Below are positions 49,801-63,678 of a DNA stretch of 64,000 nucleotides, one piece after another (the stretch's first letter is position 1; each line of letters begins with the position of its first letter). This stretch comes from Girardia tigrina (lineage: Eukaryota): contig MQRK01167126.1 in assembly GCA_001938485.1 (NCBI GenBank), positions 3,389 to 67,388 of the forward strand, read 5' to 3'. The notes under the pieces are model-generated. The model did not search any database. It had not been told where the DNA came from and saw only the letters and a program-made list of their open reading frames with translations. A program made the position numbers and the translations under genes.

Positions 49801-52800
49801 TGAAATAAAGTTTCATAAAAGAATTTGTGTTCTTTGTCTATATATTTATGTTGGAAGTTCTTTCTGATTAATTTGAGTCAGACTAAAGATTTCAGATTAA
49901 AGATTGAGATTTAAGATTTGTGTTTTAAAAGTAAATAATTATATTTAAGATTTCTAATACTCAGCAGTAAATTCTTCCAATAAAGATATTAATGATAAAT
50001 TGTTGCACATAATAAAAATTGTGTAATTTACGTTAATTGTTTGGTGTTTTCAAATTTAATATTAAAAGTATCTTTAAAAACTTACGTAATATAGATTTAA
50101 GCGATAATGAATTATATGATCATGGATATTCGAAATCAATAGTGGAGAAACTAACAAAAGAAACTATTGATAAATTAATTGACAAAATAATGATATTAAA
50201 ATTACAGATGTTCAAGATCAAGATCAATCTTACAACACTAATTGTTAGATTGGGACTTAACTTCCATTCTAAATCAAAAAGAAATTAAAATTTTCAAAAT
50301 TTATTCAAAACTACAAACGATTAAATTTGTTATTGAAACAAATTTTCATTTTTTTTATTTTCTTATTTCTAATTTTATTTTCTAATATTTTTTTGATTTT
50401 GATTATAATTGAAAATTTTTAAAAAGACCAAAATCCCTATTTCCGAAAATTAAAAAAATAGCAACAACATTGTCTTACACTAATGATAAAAGTTTAAAAA
50501 TTGGATATGTTCTAACTGTGCCATATTCAAAGTTGTTAAAAATATTTAAAAATTAGTTGTGTAAAGCGTTAGATAATGTCATAAGTTTGAAAGTAATATC
50601 CTGTACCCATAAACAATTAAAAGAATATTTGGAAATAAATCTCTAAAGCCGTTTGGATTATGAAAGATTTCACGTTATCTCTGTTAGGGAATCCAGAAAC
50701 ACAGTCGTAACATTGCAGGACATAGAAAATATTGAAAAAGAAATATAAATTCACAGCACTTTAAAATTCTGTGCACTCAATTTAAGAAATATTTGGAGAG
50801 AGAGAGATATGAAGAAGATCTTTGGATCATAATATTAATGTTCAAACTTCATTCTCTATGTAATGTGAGTTTTCTTCCACCTTTTTTTTCTTTTATTTTT
50901 TTGCTTTAGATCATATCTTTCGTGTGACATGTACCCTTTTGATTGCCTATCTCACATGTGATTTTTTTTATTTTTTATTAGTCTTTTAGTTCATGTAGTG
51001 GCGTGCATTTTTTTATTTGATATTTGTGATTTGTATTCGGAGCCAGATGATCTGTTGTGTGTTTGTTTGTTGTTGTGATATATATGTTTTTTTATTTATC
51101 GAGTTGTGATAGTTCATTATTTTTTTGCTATTTACAAGAGGACCGATCCGAGAAAGAGGAAGGGTGGTCAGATGGAGTAATAGTAAAAGGAAATAGTAAT
51201 CCTAAAGATAAATAAATTATTAAAAATTTTCAAAATTAAAAATTGAATTTAAAAATCAATTTATGGATTAACAGAATTAATATTATAACCTACGAACGAA
51301 TTAACCGTTTGACGACTGCTCGGTTTATCGGTCTGCATATCTAGCATTTGATTTAGAACAACGAATTTTCATTTATCTAGTCAACTATTCATTGTGCCTG
51401 CCCATCATTGACTCTAAATTGACTCATTCACACTATTTTATCGGACTCGTCTAGTTGTCAATTGTAGAGGTTATTGAAAGATTAAACGTTTGTTTAGCTA
51501 TTAATTACTCTACTTTATCATTTTCTCTATTATTTAACAGTTGTATTCTGTTACATAGAGACTAAGTTCATTAAATTTAAGAGTAAAATACACAATTTGA
51601 TTAACTTAGTCTACGTTTAATAACTAAGTTTTTATTTTCGTATTAAACTCAAATAGAGATATAGTTCAGTCTTATTAAACTGACCAAAGCAGAATAGATA
51701 GTATTAGTTTATTCTTCTTTGGGGATTGAATTCGTTATTTCTACACTCTACAACTTTGTTAGGGAATATTTAAATGATGGACTGATGACGTCTTGAAAGA
51801 TCACTAACTGCACTGTACAAATAACTTTCTTTTTTAAAAAATCATTTGTTCTGACGATGACGATTAAACCGCCTAAATTAATAAACTTTAGTTATCTTCA
51901 AAATGTTTTAGAAAATAAAATACTATATATTTTTAAAGAATGCTTCACAGAATGAGAATAATGTTTTAATAATACTTTAATAGGTTTTTAATTTTATTGA
52001 TTAACATTCGATTACTAAAGAATTAAAGTAATTATTTAAATAATTATTAAATTAACTATTTTGTGATATTTGAATGAAGATTACAAGAGTATTTAAGGAA
52101 TATCCCAAAAGGTCTAGAGATAAGTGAATGTATTATTAGACTTATGAGAAATTCAAGACGCTTGATTTCCTGTTTGGACTAATAGGAAAAAGTGGATTTC
52201 GTTTTTTTAGAACAACAGAGATGGAGTATATACTTTATTGTGAAGGAAATTAATGACAAGAGATTATATACGTTCTCTTGTGTCTAAAAATATACTTCTT
52301 GTACAAATTTTAAAAACAGTGACAATATCAGATAAGTTTTAAATTTTATATAACTGTTTTCTGCAAGAAAATAAAAAGAAATAATGTCTATTTATTTGAC
52401 AAAAAGAAATTATAAAATTAACTGTTATTCTTAATATTTTTTATTATATTTTAATATTAAATAATTGTAAAAAGATAAGTATAAATTTGTTAACCAAAAC
52501 AGTGAATAAAAATTAATGTAATTATCAGAGGGAAGAAAAAATGGAAAATAAATAATTATTACCATAGAGATAATAGTTAAAATTTAATATTTATGTGGTA
52601 CTCCGGTCAAACGATCGAAAAAAATAATAACTGCTGAAACAAATTAAATAACAATTGTTTAAATAATAAATGTAAAGATATTTGTTTTAAATAATATATT
52701 ACATTCAAATTAATCATACTTATTTTTTATTATTGATAAATTTTTCTCATTTCTCCCTGTATTAAATCACCGTAAATTTCAAATCATCGCATTACGAACA

Positions 52801-52825
52801 GAAAAAATGATAAATGAGTGAAAAT

Positions 52826-53080
52826 CTCATCGTCAAGATGATGAGTCCGCCGAACCACACTATTCAACGGCGGCTCAACACCGGCCGAACTCAACACCAG
52901 CACGTTTCAATCTGTGGTGCACTTTTGTACACGTTATCCCACTGACGGAGCAAACCGGTGTTGTGTGAGGAAATTGAGCGTGCTGCTTACCGTTCCGAGC
53001 GGTATCCACCGCTCCACAGATGGTGATGCACGGCGGACAAGGGGTGTCTGCCATCGCAGCTTAATCCGATGGCCGACACT
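52826..53080. ncRNA. GC-rich structured island, copy B (inverted homolog of 13741-13966)
   Basis: Minus-strand stems gtgtc-g-gccatcg/cgatggc-a-gacac, gtccgccg/cggcggac, atctgtgg/ccacagat, gagcgg/ccgctc, caacaccgg/ccggtgttg and cagcacg/cgtgctg. Confidence 0.55.
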
Positions 53081-53239
53081 TTAATTTAAATAACTAACAG
53101 TGAGCTTTTCGAATATCTGGAGATAATGCGCAATCGGTTCTTTTGAAGAAAATAATCAAATTATTGTCTACCTACATAGGAAGTTCACTAACAAATATAT
53201 TTATTGAGATCTTCTATATTGTATTTGAAATGGAATAAT

Positions 53240-54200
53240 TTTTAACATGATAATTGGAGCGGAAATTGAATCTAATAATCGAACATTTTGCCAGTTTTAA
53301 ATTTAAAAAAAATAAATATTTGCAATTTTAAATAAATTAAGTAAATAAATAAAATCATAAAATAAAATTTAAATAATAAAATAAAGTTAATTTAATTCAG
53401 TAAGTAAATTAAAATAAATAATAAATTAAAAAATTAATTTAAAAAGAATCATATAAATGAGTTGTTAAATGTTCACAAAATGTATGTGACAAATTATTAT
53501 AGTGATTGAAATGTTTGGAAATGATTTGTGAATTGACTGTGTCGAAAAATTTGTGATTTACTTTGAGTGATTAGTTAAAAAGACATCTGATTTGTGTACT
53601 GTGGAATAATAATGGAAATTTAAATTTGTGATTGTTTTACTGTATCAATTTGACAAGCATAAACTATATGTTTACGAATTTCAAGCGGTGTAATTAATAA
53701 AATGCTTTTCGATACATGTACATGATCATATTTTAAAAATTTGAATAAATGTTATTGTTTGATAAAAAAATAAAGGATTCCCTTTGTTTAAATGTTTCTA
53801 ATCCATGAAATATAAATCATATTTTAAATATTTCAAAGAATTTCCAATGGCTATTAATGTATCAACGAACATTTCATCTAAGATTCTTATCGGTTTATAC
53901 ATTAAAAGATTCCCGTATTTACTGACACCACTTACTTCACTTGAAACTGAAATTGAAGCGTTCAATAAAAAACGAGAATTTGAAAAGTCAGTGATGTCTG
54001 ATATTGAATTGAAAAAAAGCTAAAGAAGATAAAACTCAAAAAGAGTTTATGCAAAAAGGCAAAGAAAAATTAAAATTAGAATAAGAAATAATAAACGTCA
54101 AAGAAAAACTCGATATTTGGTTGAAACAATAAAAAAAACAATTTTGAAAATCAATCAATGGGAAAATGTTTAATATGGAAACACGGCTTCCGCTCCAATA
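53240..54200 (+). repeat. Dispersed repeat family A, copy 3
   Basis: Contains ggagcggaaatt...cgaacattttgcc, the 53844 block shared with 9438, and the 45-bp block shared with 3064-3108. Confidence 0.7.
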
Positions 54201-55089
54201 ATATTAAATCACTTTGCATATTTTTATGTTAGCAGTAAATCTTGCAAACGAATTTTCGATCCACTTCCTGTGGTTTGATTGAGCCTAAGAATTGCAAAAC
54301 GTTTAATCTCGATGATAATATATGATTCAATTAGGAATTTTACTATCAGAGTGATTAATAAGTCATTTTATGCAAAAAAATAATTTACTTTAAAATGATT
54401 ATAATTTGTTTATATTTGTCATAACAATAAATTTAAAATATCATTTCGTAATTATGCATTTTCAGAGACTAAAATACGTTTAACATGGGACTCGGATCAG
54501 CAAAACAAACAGAATTCCTTCCCGGGAACATTTTAGTCGAATAATAATATATACAATTTATATATGCTTTTTTTCAAGTGTGTATTAATTGTCTAATTAC
54601 CTTTTTTCCAATCTTTGATATGCTACTTCTTTTTAGATCAAAATTCAACTATTTCAATAGACTTCAGTGTAATCAACACGTTCTAACGATATTCCTTTGC
54701 TATTAATTGTGACGATTATTTAGAATACAATCAACTCACTGTTCTTGACATGATAGTGACTCAGCAGGTTACATGATCTTTCCTAGTAATGTTAAAATTC
54801 ATCAATATTGTTCAAAGCGTGTCCAAGAAGTCACAGAGCAAGTCAATATAAATTATCTGAAAGAAGAATCCTTTACAAAGTTATCATTTCTAATAATTGG
54901 AATGTTCACTATTAAAAGTATTTGTCATTGTTTGATGTATGGTGAGGAGCTTTGGCACAACATGATATTTTACAGTATTTTTAAGCAGGATTTGTAAGTT
55001 ATTAAATTGTCACAGAAAAAGTCATGCCTAAGAATAGATGATAGTTATAAATTTTTGAAAGATATTAATTCTGAGATAACAAATAAGTA

Positions 55090-56373
55090 TTAGGTGTATA
55101 ACTTAGTTTTTTGTATTTTTTGCAGAACAGACAAGTTTATTTATATGACATAATAAGTTTTATTCTAATCAAAATATTTTCCATCGTTAATTATGACTTT
55201 CAACCATCTTTCAGGCAAATTATGAATTCCATCGAAAAAAAAAGTTTTGGTCTTTTGATGCGATCCATTGTTCCAGCCATTTTTTATATGTTCCTGGTTT
55301 CTGAAGTGCTGGTCCCGAAGAGTGCTTTGCGTTGATCGGAACAGATGATAATCTGATGGGGCACAATCTGGTGAATAGGCAGCATGCGGTAGAATTTCCC
55401 ATTTAAGTGCTTCCAACGTGTTTTTTACTTGTTTTGCGACATGTGGCCGAGCATTGTCATGGAGCAAAATCACTGTGCGCTGTTTGCTGGCTGGAATAGG
55501 ACGTTTTTCCTTCAATGCATCGTTCAATTTCATTAACTGTTGTTGGTAACGTTCTGCATTAACATTTTCATTCGAATTCAGCAGCTCATAGTACAATACA
55601 CCTTTCTGATCCCGCCAAATGGACAACATAACCTTGCTTACATGAATGTTTCTTTTTGCTGTTGACGTGGACGGTTCGCCGGGATGAACCCACGATTTCT
55701 TGCGTTTAGAGTTAACATAATAAATCCATTTTTCATCTCCANNNNNNNNNNNNNNNNNNNNNNNNNNNNNNNNNNNNNNNNNNNNNNNNNNNNNNNNNNN
55801 NNNNNNNNNNNNNNNNNNNNNNNNNNNNNNNNNNNNNNNNNNNNNNNTTTCCTTCTTTTTGAATCATTTTCATAGCATGTAGACGTTTACTTATGGCTGC
55901 TTGAGTAACATTTAACTGTTTTGCAAGCTCTTTCTCTGTTTGAGTAGAATCTTCCTTCAGTAATGAGTCCAAATCTTCATCTTCGAATCTTTTTGGTTGA
56001 CCGGAACGCTCTTTGTCACTAACGTTGAAATCTCCACTTTTGAAACGTTTATACCAGTTCTCGCAAGTTTGTAGAGTTGGTGCATGTTGACCATAAGTTT
56101 CTTCAAGAAGCCGAAAACTGTTTGCAGCTTTTTTCTTTTGATTAAAGCAAAACAGTAGTGTTTCCCGCAAATGCTGTTTTGTTGGTATGAAAGTTGTCAT
56201 GCTAAAACGTGATTAAAAATAGATTTATGACGCATTTAAGGTCAATGACCTACTTAATTTTAATGCCTCGATTTCAGCACTTTAAAAATCTGTACGTACG
56301 ACTGTAAAATAATGCTTATTACAAAGGTTACACCATCTCTTAGAAAATCCAAAAAACTAAGTTATACACCTAA
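55090..56373 (-). mobile_element. Mariner, mauritiana/Mos1-like, spans an N gap
   Basis: TIRs ttaggtgtataacttagtttttt / aaaaaactaagttatacacctaa flanked by TA. MTTFIPTKQHLRETLLFCF...RFKSGDF, HDNARPH, YSPDCAPSDY. Confidence 0.95.
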
Positions 56374-58125
56374 TAATCATGTTAATGTAAAATCGTGTAA
56401 CCGCTTGGCAGCAATGGCAATAATCAGTAGTTAGCGTCAAGAACCATAATCATTAAGGTGTTTCATAACTTGAAATCATGTTTCCACTTGACAACAGATA
56501 AAATATGCAGTAATTAGCGAAATACATTGAAATTCTTGCAGCAATGGATGAATCATGAACTTTTATTGTAGGCTAAAATCAGGTTCTTTACTTGTGAGGT
56601 CGTTCATTCAATCTTTGCCGTCGCAATAAGCAATTTAATTTAATGATGAAGACCACATGCACCCCTCAGCTGCATATTGATATTGTTTAACTTATAAGCG
56701 TAGAGTACATTACATTGAGGGACGTATGTGATAGATTTGTTGAATTATATTCAAATTCACAAAAACAGTCTCATAACATGATGTATGAAATTATGGTTAC
56801 TAAAAGATAATAAAAAGATAAAAAACAGTTGACAAAAAAAACATTAATGTTTTAGCTTTGTATAACAATGCTCAAAAAACTTTTTTTCTGAAAAACATCT
56901 GTAAAATACTTCCAAATCACCTGGGAAGTGAATAATTTTATTTTATTTTATTTTAATTTTATTTCACTATAAACCAAGTTGTGAATTTTAATTTGAATAG
57001 TCTTGGGTTAAGAGAAAGATGTTTTCAATAGATAAGGATATTAATATAGTAATATAATAGAAATTTATTCAAAAACAAAGAATGTTATAAATATTTTTAT
57101 AAAAATATTGCAAATCAAAAGTTCAAAGTTGATTAACGTTTATTTCTGTTACACAATTAAATATTGGGTGTCTAAATTTATTACCATGATTGATTTAAAC
57201 AACCTCAATAGTTTTTATATATTCAGGATCCTTTGATATAATAGGAAATTAATATAAATAATTTTATATATTTTAATTTAAAAATATATAGTTAATAATT
57301 ATTTTCCAATTTCAAACAAAAAAATGTCAATTATATTTTTTTCTATTTCCTGTGGAGAGAAAATATGCAAATATTTCTTTCAAAAGAAATTTGATACAAA
57401 ATACTCATAAAATTGAAAAAAATTATTATTAAAATATAATCTTTTGTTTTACATTAATTTTATTGCAAAATAAAATTTTCAATATTTGTTGTTCATCCCG
57501 ATGAAGGAATGTCTAGTTTCAGTAAATATTCGTCAGTAAATAATTCGCTTAAGAATATTAAGACTCAAAATAATTTCTAGAAAATCAAATTCGTTTTCAA
57601 AAATTATATTATTGATCAATGAAAATAAATCAGATATAGCTCACAATAAAATCCTATTTAAATCAGAAATTCTTCAAAACTCGACAATATAATTCATAAA
57701 ATTGGTTTGACAAATTGGCTTAACAAAATAATTTGTGAAACAAAATGGTTAACCAATCAGAGCGCACCAATTGACTAGATTCATCCAATTATAATGACCG
57801 AGGATTTGAAACACATGATGGAACAAAAATAACAACGATATTAATAACAAAAATATAATCACCCGGAGAAAGATATATTTGTTTGGGTTTTATAAAATAG
57901 ACTACATACTCTAAGGATTAAAGATTGTCTTTGAGTTTGGGAATATAGATAAATATAAATAAAATATAGTTTAAATATAAATAGAATATAGATAAAATAA
58001 CAACATAAATAAAAATTCCGAAACATTAATTATTAACAAAAATTATGAAAAATATATTTTGTCATTCTTAAAAATATAGTGATAAATTATCGTCTGTACA
58101 AATATGTCGTTAGCATTTGTGTATA

Positions 58126-59091
58126 CAGTAAAACCTCATATATTGAACTTATATTGAACACTCCCTATATTGAACACCGCTCTATATTGAACACTTTTTT
58201 TTGAATTTAAATGTACATTAATATAAAACAACTCTTTAGTACTAACTATGTTGAACACCTCTGTAATCTGAACATTGAACATAATGTGAAGTGAGTTTCT
58301 TTGGTTATTTATACTATTTGTAATTCTATATATTGAACAGTAAAAAGCTGTGTTTGTTTAAACACGTTAATTTGCTGTGATTTTTATGTTAATTTTGAAA
58401 AGTTTTAATTGCATTAAACTGTAAAAGTTTTTTTTAATTAATTTTAATTATTGATTAAAAATTATAGTATTTTTTATTTGCATTTTTTATTTCAGCAAAA
58501 TGAAAAGAAGAAAAATAACAGATGAATTATCAATAAGTAAAAAAGTAGATCTGATAGAAAAGAGAATACGATTAGAAATTTCGCAACAAAATTTAACTTC
58601 TCAATTGTTACATTTGTCAATATTAAGAAGAGAAAAAATGAGTAATTAAAATTATTATAATGATATTGTAATTAATGATAAAACAACCATGTCATATTTA
58701 AAGAATCTGAAGAAATTTGACGTTACGTATGATGAAACAAAGGTTAATGAGATTTCTGTGCTTGAAAAAAAATTAAGTGAATACATTTATCAAAAGTCAA
58801 AATGCAAATGACAATCGAAAATAACGAAATTTATTAAATAAAGCTTTGCAATAGCGTTAATAACTGTTTAAATTTTTTTATTTTTCTTTTCACAATTTTT
58901 TAGAATAATTTTTATGTAGTAATATTTGTGTATTTATTCATAATTAAGTATAATTAATAACAAAAAGCAGTTTTATAATACAAATAGAAACTATGTTAAT
59001 GATAAAGATATATTTCTCCATATATTGAACACCTCTATATGTTGAACACTTTTCTTGTAAAAATGATGTTCAATATAGGGAGGTTTTTCTG
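58126..59091 (+). mobile_element. Tigger/pogo-like internally deleted element
   Basis: TIRs cagtaaaacctcatatattgaac / gttcaatatagggaggtttttctg flanked by TA, with subterminal tattgaacac repeats. Residual MKRRKITDELSISKKVDLIEK (psq-type HTH) and QSKITKF ends. Confidence 0.85.
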
Positions 59092-61433
59092 TATAACAAA
59101 ATAATTTTCAAAATTTAATTTTTTAATATTTTATTTTTTATTTTCCTTTTTTAATTAGAATTAGTTATTTATAAATCAATCAACAGAAAATATTTTTAAA
59201 CGAAATCCATCTGATTTCCTGGTTGTTTAATTGTTCAATTTTTTTCCAAAGCAATTAGCAAACAGATAATTTAATTAAAAAAAATTTTAAATTTATGGAT
59301 TTTTTTAACTTATTATTAAAATTAATTTTTCATTCTAAAGTTTTTCAAATTTGAATGTGTTTTGTATTTGGGATTTTAATACCTTTCTGAATTTTTCTTT
59401 TTGATATACTTTCATTTATATAAAATTTTGAAAGTATTCATATTATAGGCACTAATTGGATTTTTAATAAATTTATTTGTATCACAAAATGAATCGCCAT
59501 TAGGACAATGCTCAATAAAACTTTCATAGCAAGTCATCGTTCTTAGTTGATAAATTTAATTCTATTTCTAAAAGTCTTATTATTTAAACAAATTTAAATT
59601 ACAATTTAGTTACAATTTGATTTCAAAATAATTTATAATATAAATTACAAAAAAATAATTGTAATTTTTAATATTATGATATATTAATTTAATTTTAAGG
59701 ATGGTTATTTAAATTTTAAAATTGAATAAATACTTTGACGTTCTAAAATATTTAAAATATCAATCTACCATCTGTGTTGGAGGAACACAATCCTAAACCA
59801 ATATACCAAACAACATACATTAAACACCAATCAAAATATTCTTCACAGTTAAATTTGTACTTGAGAGGTTCCACCTTTGCGATGGCATTGTTGTGTGTTT
59901 GATTGTGTCACTTGAACGCAATATATCTGAGTTTAAAATAAATTATTTTTATCAAAATAAGAAAATTAAAATTTTGAGTTTTACCTACGAGACTGAAGTT
60001 TATTCAATTTTAAATCTAGAGTTCTGGTGAGGATCAATTCATTTGAAGATGCTTTGAAAGGATTCTTAATTTTAAAAGATTTCGTTTCTTTTAAAGTTAT
60101 TTAAATGCTAAAAAATGATAATCGGTTTGTCAAATGTGAAGCGAGTGTAACGGATGAGGAAGACTTTCAAAGCTCATTTTTTCGATTTTACAGGGTCCTT
60201 CCTGGGGTCAGGACCTGTCGATTTGATGATTATGGTCTTTCCTGTTAACCAAATATTATTACTACATAATAATTTCTAATTTGTTTTGTCAACAGTTACC
60301 ATGATCTTTCTTTGATGCAAATTTGGTTTTGTGAGATATTTTGTACGTAATTCAGATATTGTTCGAAACGTCATCAGTTTTCGTTCAGAATACTTTGTTC
60401 ATCGTATGTCATATTTGCTTAAAGCGAAATTTCATATCTAACCTTCTTTATTTTAAAGTTCTATTTCCCATCACTAAATTTCTGGAAGCGCAATATGACT
60501 CAAAAGTAATTGGGGCAATGAAGTTGCTCTACATGAAATCTTAAGACAATCGATGTTAGACTATGACACAATAAACTGATTATTGTAATCTGTCTATTTT
60601 TGAAATGATCATTTATTATTATCGTTACGGGATTATTGTTGTCGTTGTGATTATGTACCGCTGAGAGAGGTCGGAGAAAGATGAATCAAATGGCTTGCTC
60701 TGATTGATTGACCAATCAGAACGAGTTCAGTCAGACAAAGTGAGCAGTTACAATTTTATAATTTTTTGTGAGATTCACGATTTTATTTTTCCGATTCAGA
60801 TTTTATTTTCCACAAATTAATTGACGAAAATTTTCAGACAATTTCCATTTTTGAACGAATTTACTTAACAGTTACTGTTCGGTTTCGTTAAATTTAGAAA
60901 TTAAAGTTAAAAGAAAATTTAAAGTTATTTTAAATTTAAAGTTAAAAGAAAAAATAACCTCAAATATTTTACTTTAATTAATGAGAAAAAAANNNNNNNN
61001 NNNNNNNNNNNNNNNNNNNNNNNNNNNNNNNNNNNNNNNNNNNNNNNNNNNNNNNNNNNNNNNNNNNNNNNNNNNNNNNNNNNNNNNNNNNNNNNNNNNN
61101 NNNNNNNNNNNNNNNNNNNNNNNNNNNNNNNNNNNNNNNNNNNNNNNNNNNNNNNNNNNNNNNNNNNNNNNNNNNNNNNNNNNNNNNNNNNNNNNNNNNN
61201 NNNNNNNNNNNNNNNNNNNNNNNNNNNNNNNNNNNNNNNNNNNNNNNNNNNNNNNNNNNNNNNNNNNNNNNNNNNNNNNNNNNNNNNNNNNNNNNNNNNN
61301 NNNNNNNNNNNNNNNNNNNNNNNNNNNNNNNNNNNNNNNNNNNNNNNNNNNNNNNNNNNNNNNNNNNNNNNNNNNNNNNNNNNNNNNNNNNNNNNNNNNN
61401 NNNNNNNNNNNNNNNNNNNNNNNNNNNNNNNNN

Positions 61434-61555
61434 GACGAGATTTTCTGTTGTCACGGAGCTGAAAGACCGATCGATACTCCATTGGAAGGGCCTCTAATTG
61501 ATTTGTTGTGGTCAGAACCGACGGATACGGACATTTGTGGTGCCGAATATGTTGG
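61434..61555 (+). pseudogene. PPP-family (PP1-like) Ser/Thr phosphatase fragment next to a gap
   Basis: DEIFCCHGAERPIDTPLEGPLIDLLWSEP. Recalled PP1: [44 protein letters not shown]. The GLSP...RRIM segment is missing. Confidence 0.7.
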
Positions 61556-61899
61556 GTATATATTTATATATATTTGCATATTATATATATATATGAATAA
61601 TGATAGAAACATAAATAAAGATAATGAAACTAAAAATAATAAAATTGAGTATATCACTAATGAAAATAAGATCAATGTAAATAGTAAAAATAAAAATAAT
61701 GACAATAATAAAATAAACAACAACAATCAAAAAATCGAACCCACTTCCCTCCCCTCGATACCCCGCGGGAGGACGGGATGTGTTAAACGCTTCCACTGCG
61801 CTGCTGCCGCAACAGTTACAATGTGTCGATTACAGACGAAATTTGTATGACTGTCTGTTCTTTGAACGATTTTATTTGTCGATTATTGATTTATTTATT

Positions 61900-62305
61900 C
61901 TTTTTCGAAAATAAGAGTCCCGTTCCATTCAAAAATTTGTTCGAAAATATGAGTCCAATTTCAATTTTACTCTGATGTTCGAGATGAAAATAAAAAGACA
62001 TTATAAACAAACAAACTATTAAGTTTTTATTAAAAACTACAATTTTTTATAAACATAAGAGCAGGTACATTATTTATATATATATAAAGTTAAAAATTAA
62101 TACTATGTTTATTATAATTTATTATATTTTTCGTAGAATTCTCCACATAGAATTTTTAAACGTTGCTTTGATATTTTTGGTTAACTAGTCATGTTTAAAA
62201 CAGATAAATTATGTTTATTAATGAAGATTTGGTCCCATCATACCATTTAAATCAATAAAAAACCTAATATTTAGAAATAGGACTCTTATTTTCAGACAGA
62301 GAGAG
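61900..62305. mobile_element. Stowaway-like MITE
   Basis: gaaaataagagtcc pairs with ggactcttattttc. The right end is gacagagagag|ta; the left end is eroded. Confidence 0.5.
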
Positions 62306-63678
62306 TATTATTTTAAACCTTACGAATAAATCAAATTTTTAATGAATGAGTTCACTGATCTGAATTTTGATTATTGCTAAATTTCTCTGCCTGAATGTAT
62401 TTTTTGAATGGTTAAAAAAATTTTTGAATTTGATTATTTTGTAAGGACTTAAAGATTTAAATTTTTTGTCTATTTTAACAATCTGAACAATTTATTAGCG
62501 GTTAAAAATAAAATACTCTTAAACCCAAGCTAAACAAAATGATTACTACGTGGTACAATCCCTAAGTCCTTAGACTCGTTGATAAATAAGATTATGACGT
62601 ATATTGGGTTCTTGATCAAAAGACATTATCATTAACAAAACTTTATTTCTACCACAATTTGAGTTTTTTTAAATAAATATTTTTTTTAACAAATATTTTT
62701 GAGGAACTTTTGCACTTTCTTTTTACACAAACCATTATAAGAATTAATATAAATATAAATATGGTTATTATATTTTTTTACGAATTAAAATCTATACTTT
62801 TTCTTTAATAAAAAATTATAACGTGAATTAAAATTTTGTCACAAAGATTTTGTTACGTTTTTTATTTAATTTCAATTTTATTGTACTTTTAAATTTACCT
62901 GTTTCTCAATTAAATTTCTCAATTCTATGCAATAGTATTTTTCATTTCGTTTTCATAACAGTTTTAAAAATTACTATGGATTTAATAAAATAATATTTGG
63001 AAAATAGAATTTAAAATCGCAATTTCGTTTAATTTAACAATTTTTAAATTACCCCTTTTTACAAAAATAAAATTATATTTCGATTAATAATTACGTTTTC
63101 CAAAATAAAATTAAAATCGCATTTTTCATTTCAGTCGATTTAATTGTTTTACAATTATTTTTTGATTCCAATTACAATTTCCAAAATTAAAATTATAATA
63201 ACATTTTTAATTTACTTCTATTTAAAAGTTACAAAAAATAGTTTAGTATACTTTCATTTCGCAAAACAAATATTAAACTTTATATTACTTTTGATTTTAT
63301 TTCAATTACATATTTTCATCAGATTTGAAATTAACTTTTTTTATAATAAATCTTTTAATAAATCTTTATAATAAATCTTTTAATAAACCTACCGTACAAT
63401 TTATTTTATTTCTTACATAAATTTTTTATCTTAAAATTTCTGAAAATCTTATTTTAACAAATCTATAACATTTTTTATGGAATGTAATTGTTTAATTAAT
63501 AATTTGATAAGATTGTAAATTCAAAAATTTTATGAACTCAATCACGCTCCCAACGACGTATATGCAGTTAATACTATAAATAGATGAGCTATCATTGGTT
63601 ACAGATATGACTCAACATACTCAACATGTGTGTGTGTGAGTGGTGCGTACAGCCATTATTTCACTTTGTACTGCAGAC

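Noticed and set aside
50037-50870. Possible LINE ORF1 remnant (WICSNC)
   Set aside because: A single short motif amid many stops is not enough to call.
51782-51810. CTGATGA hammerhead-like core (also 4824, 49452, 57510-57536)
   Set aside because: The GAAA core or the stems are missing or broken.
54600-56900. Possible decayed hAT transposase split by the mariner at 55090
   Set aside because: Only vague motifs (CGLH, VTSW) were seen; unsupported without a search.
61740-61830. Twister- or HDV-like ribozyme on the minus strand (ccg-tcctcccg-cgg)
   Set aside because: The P1/P2 pairings are mismatched and the conserved core is not convincingly present.
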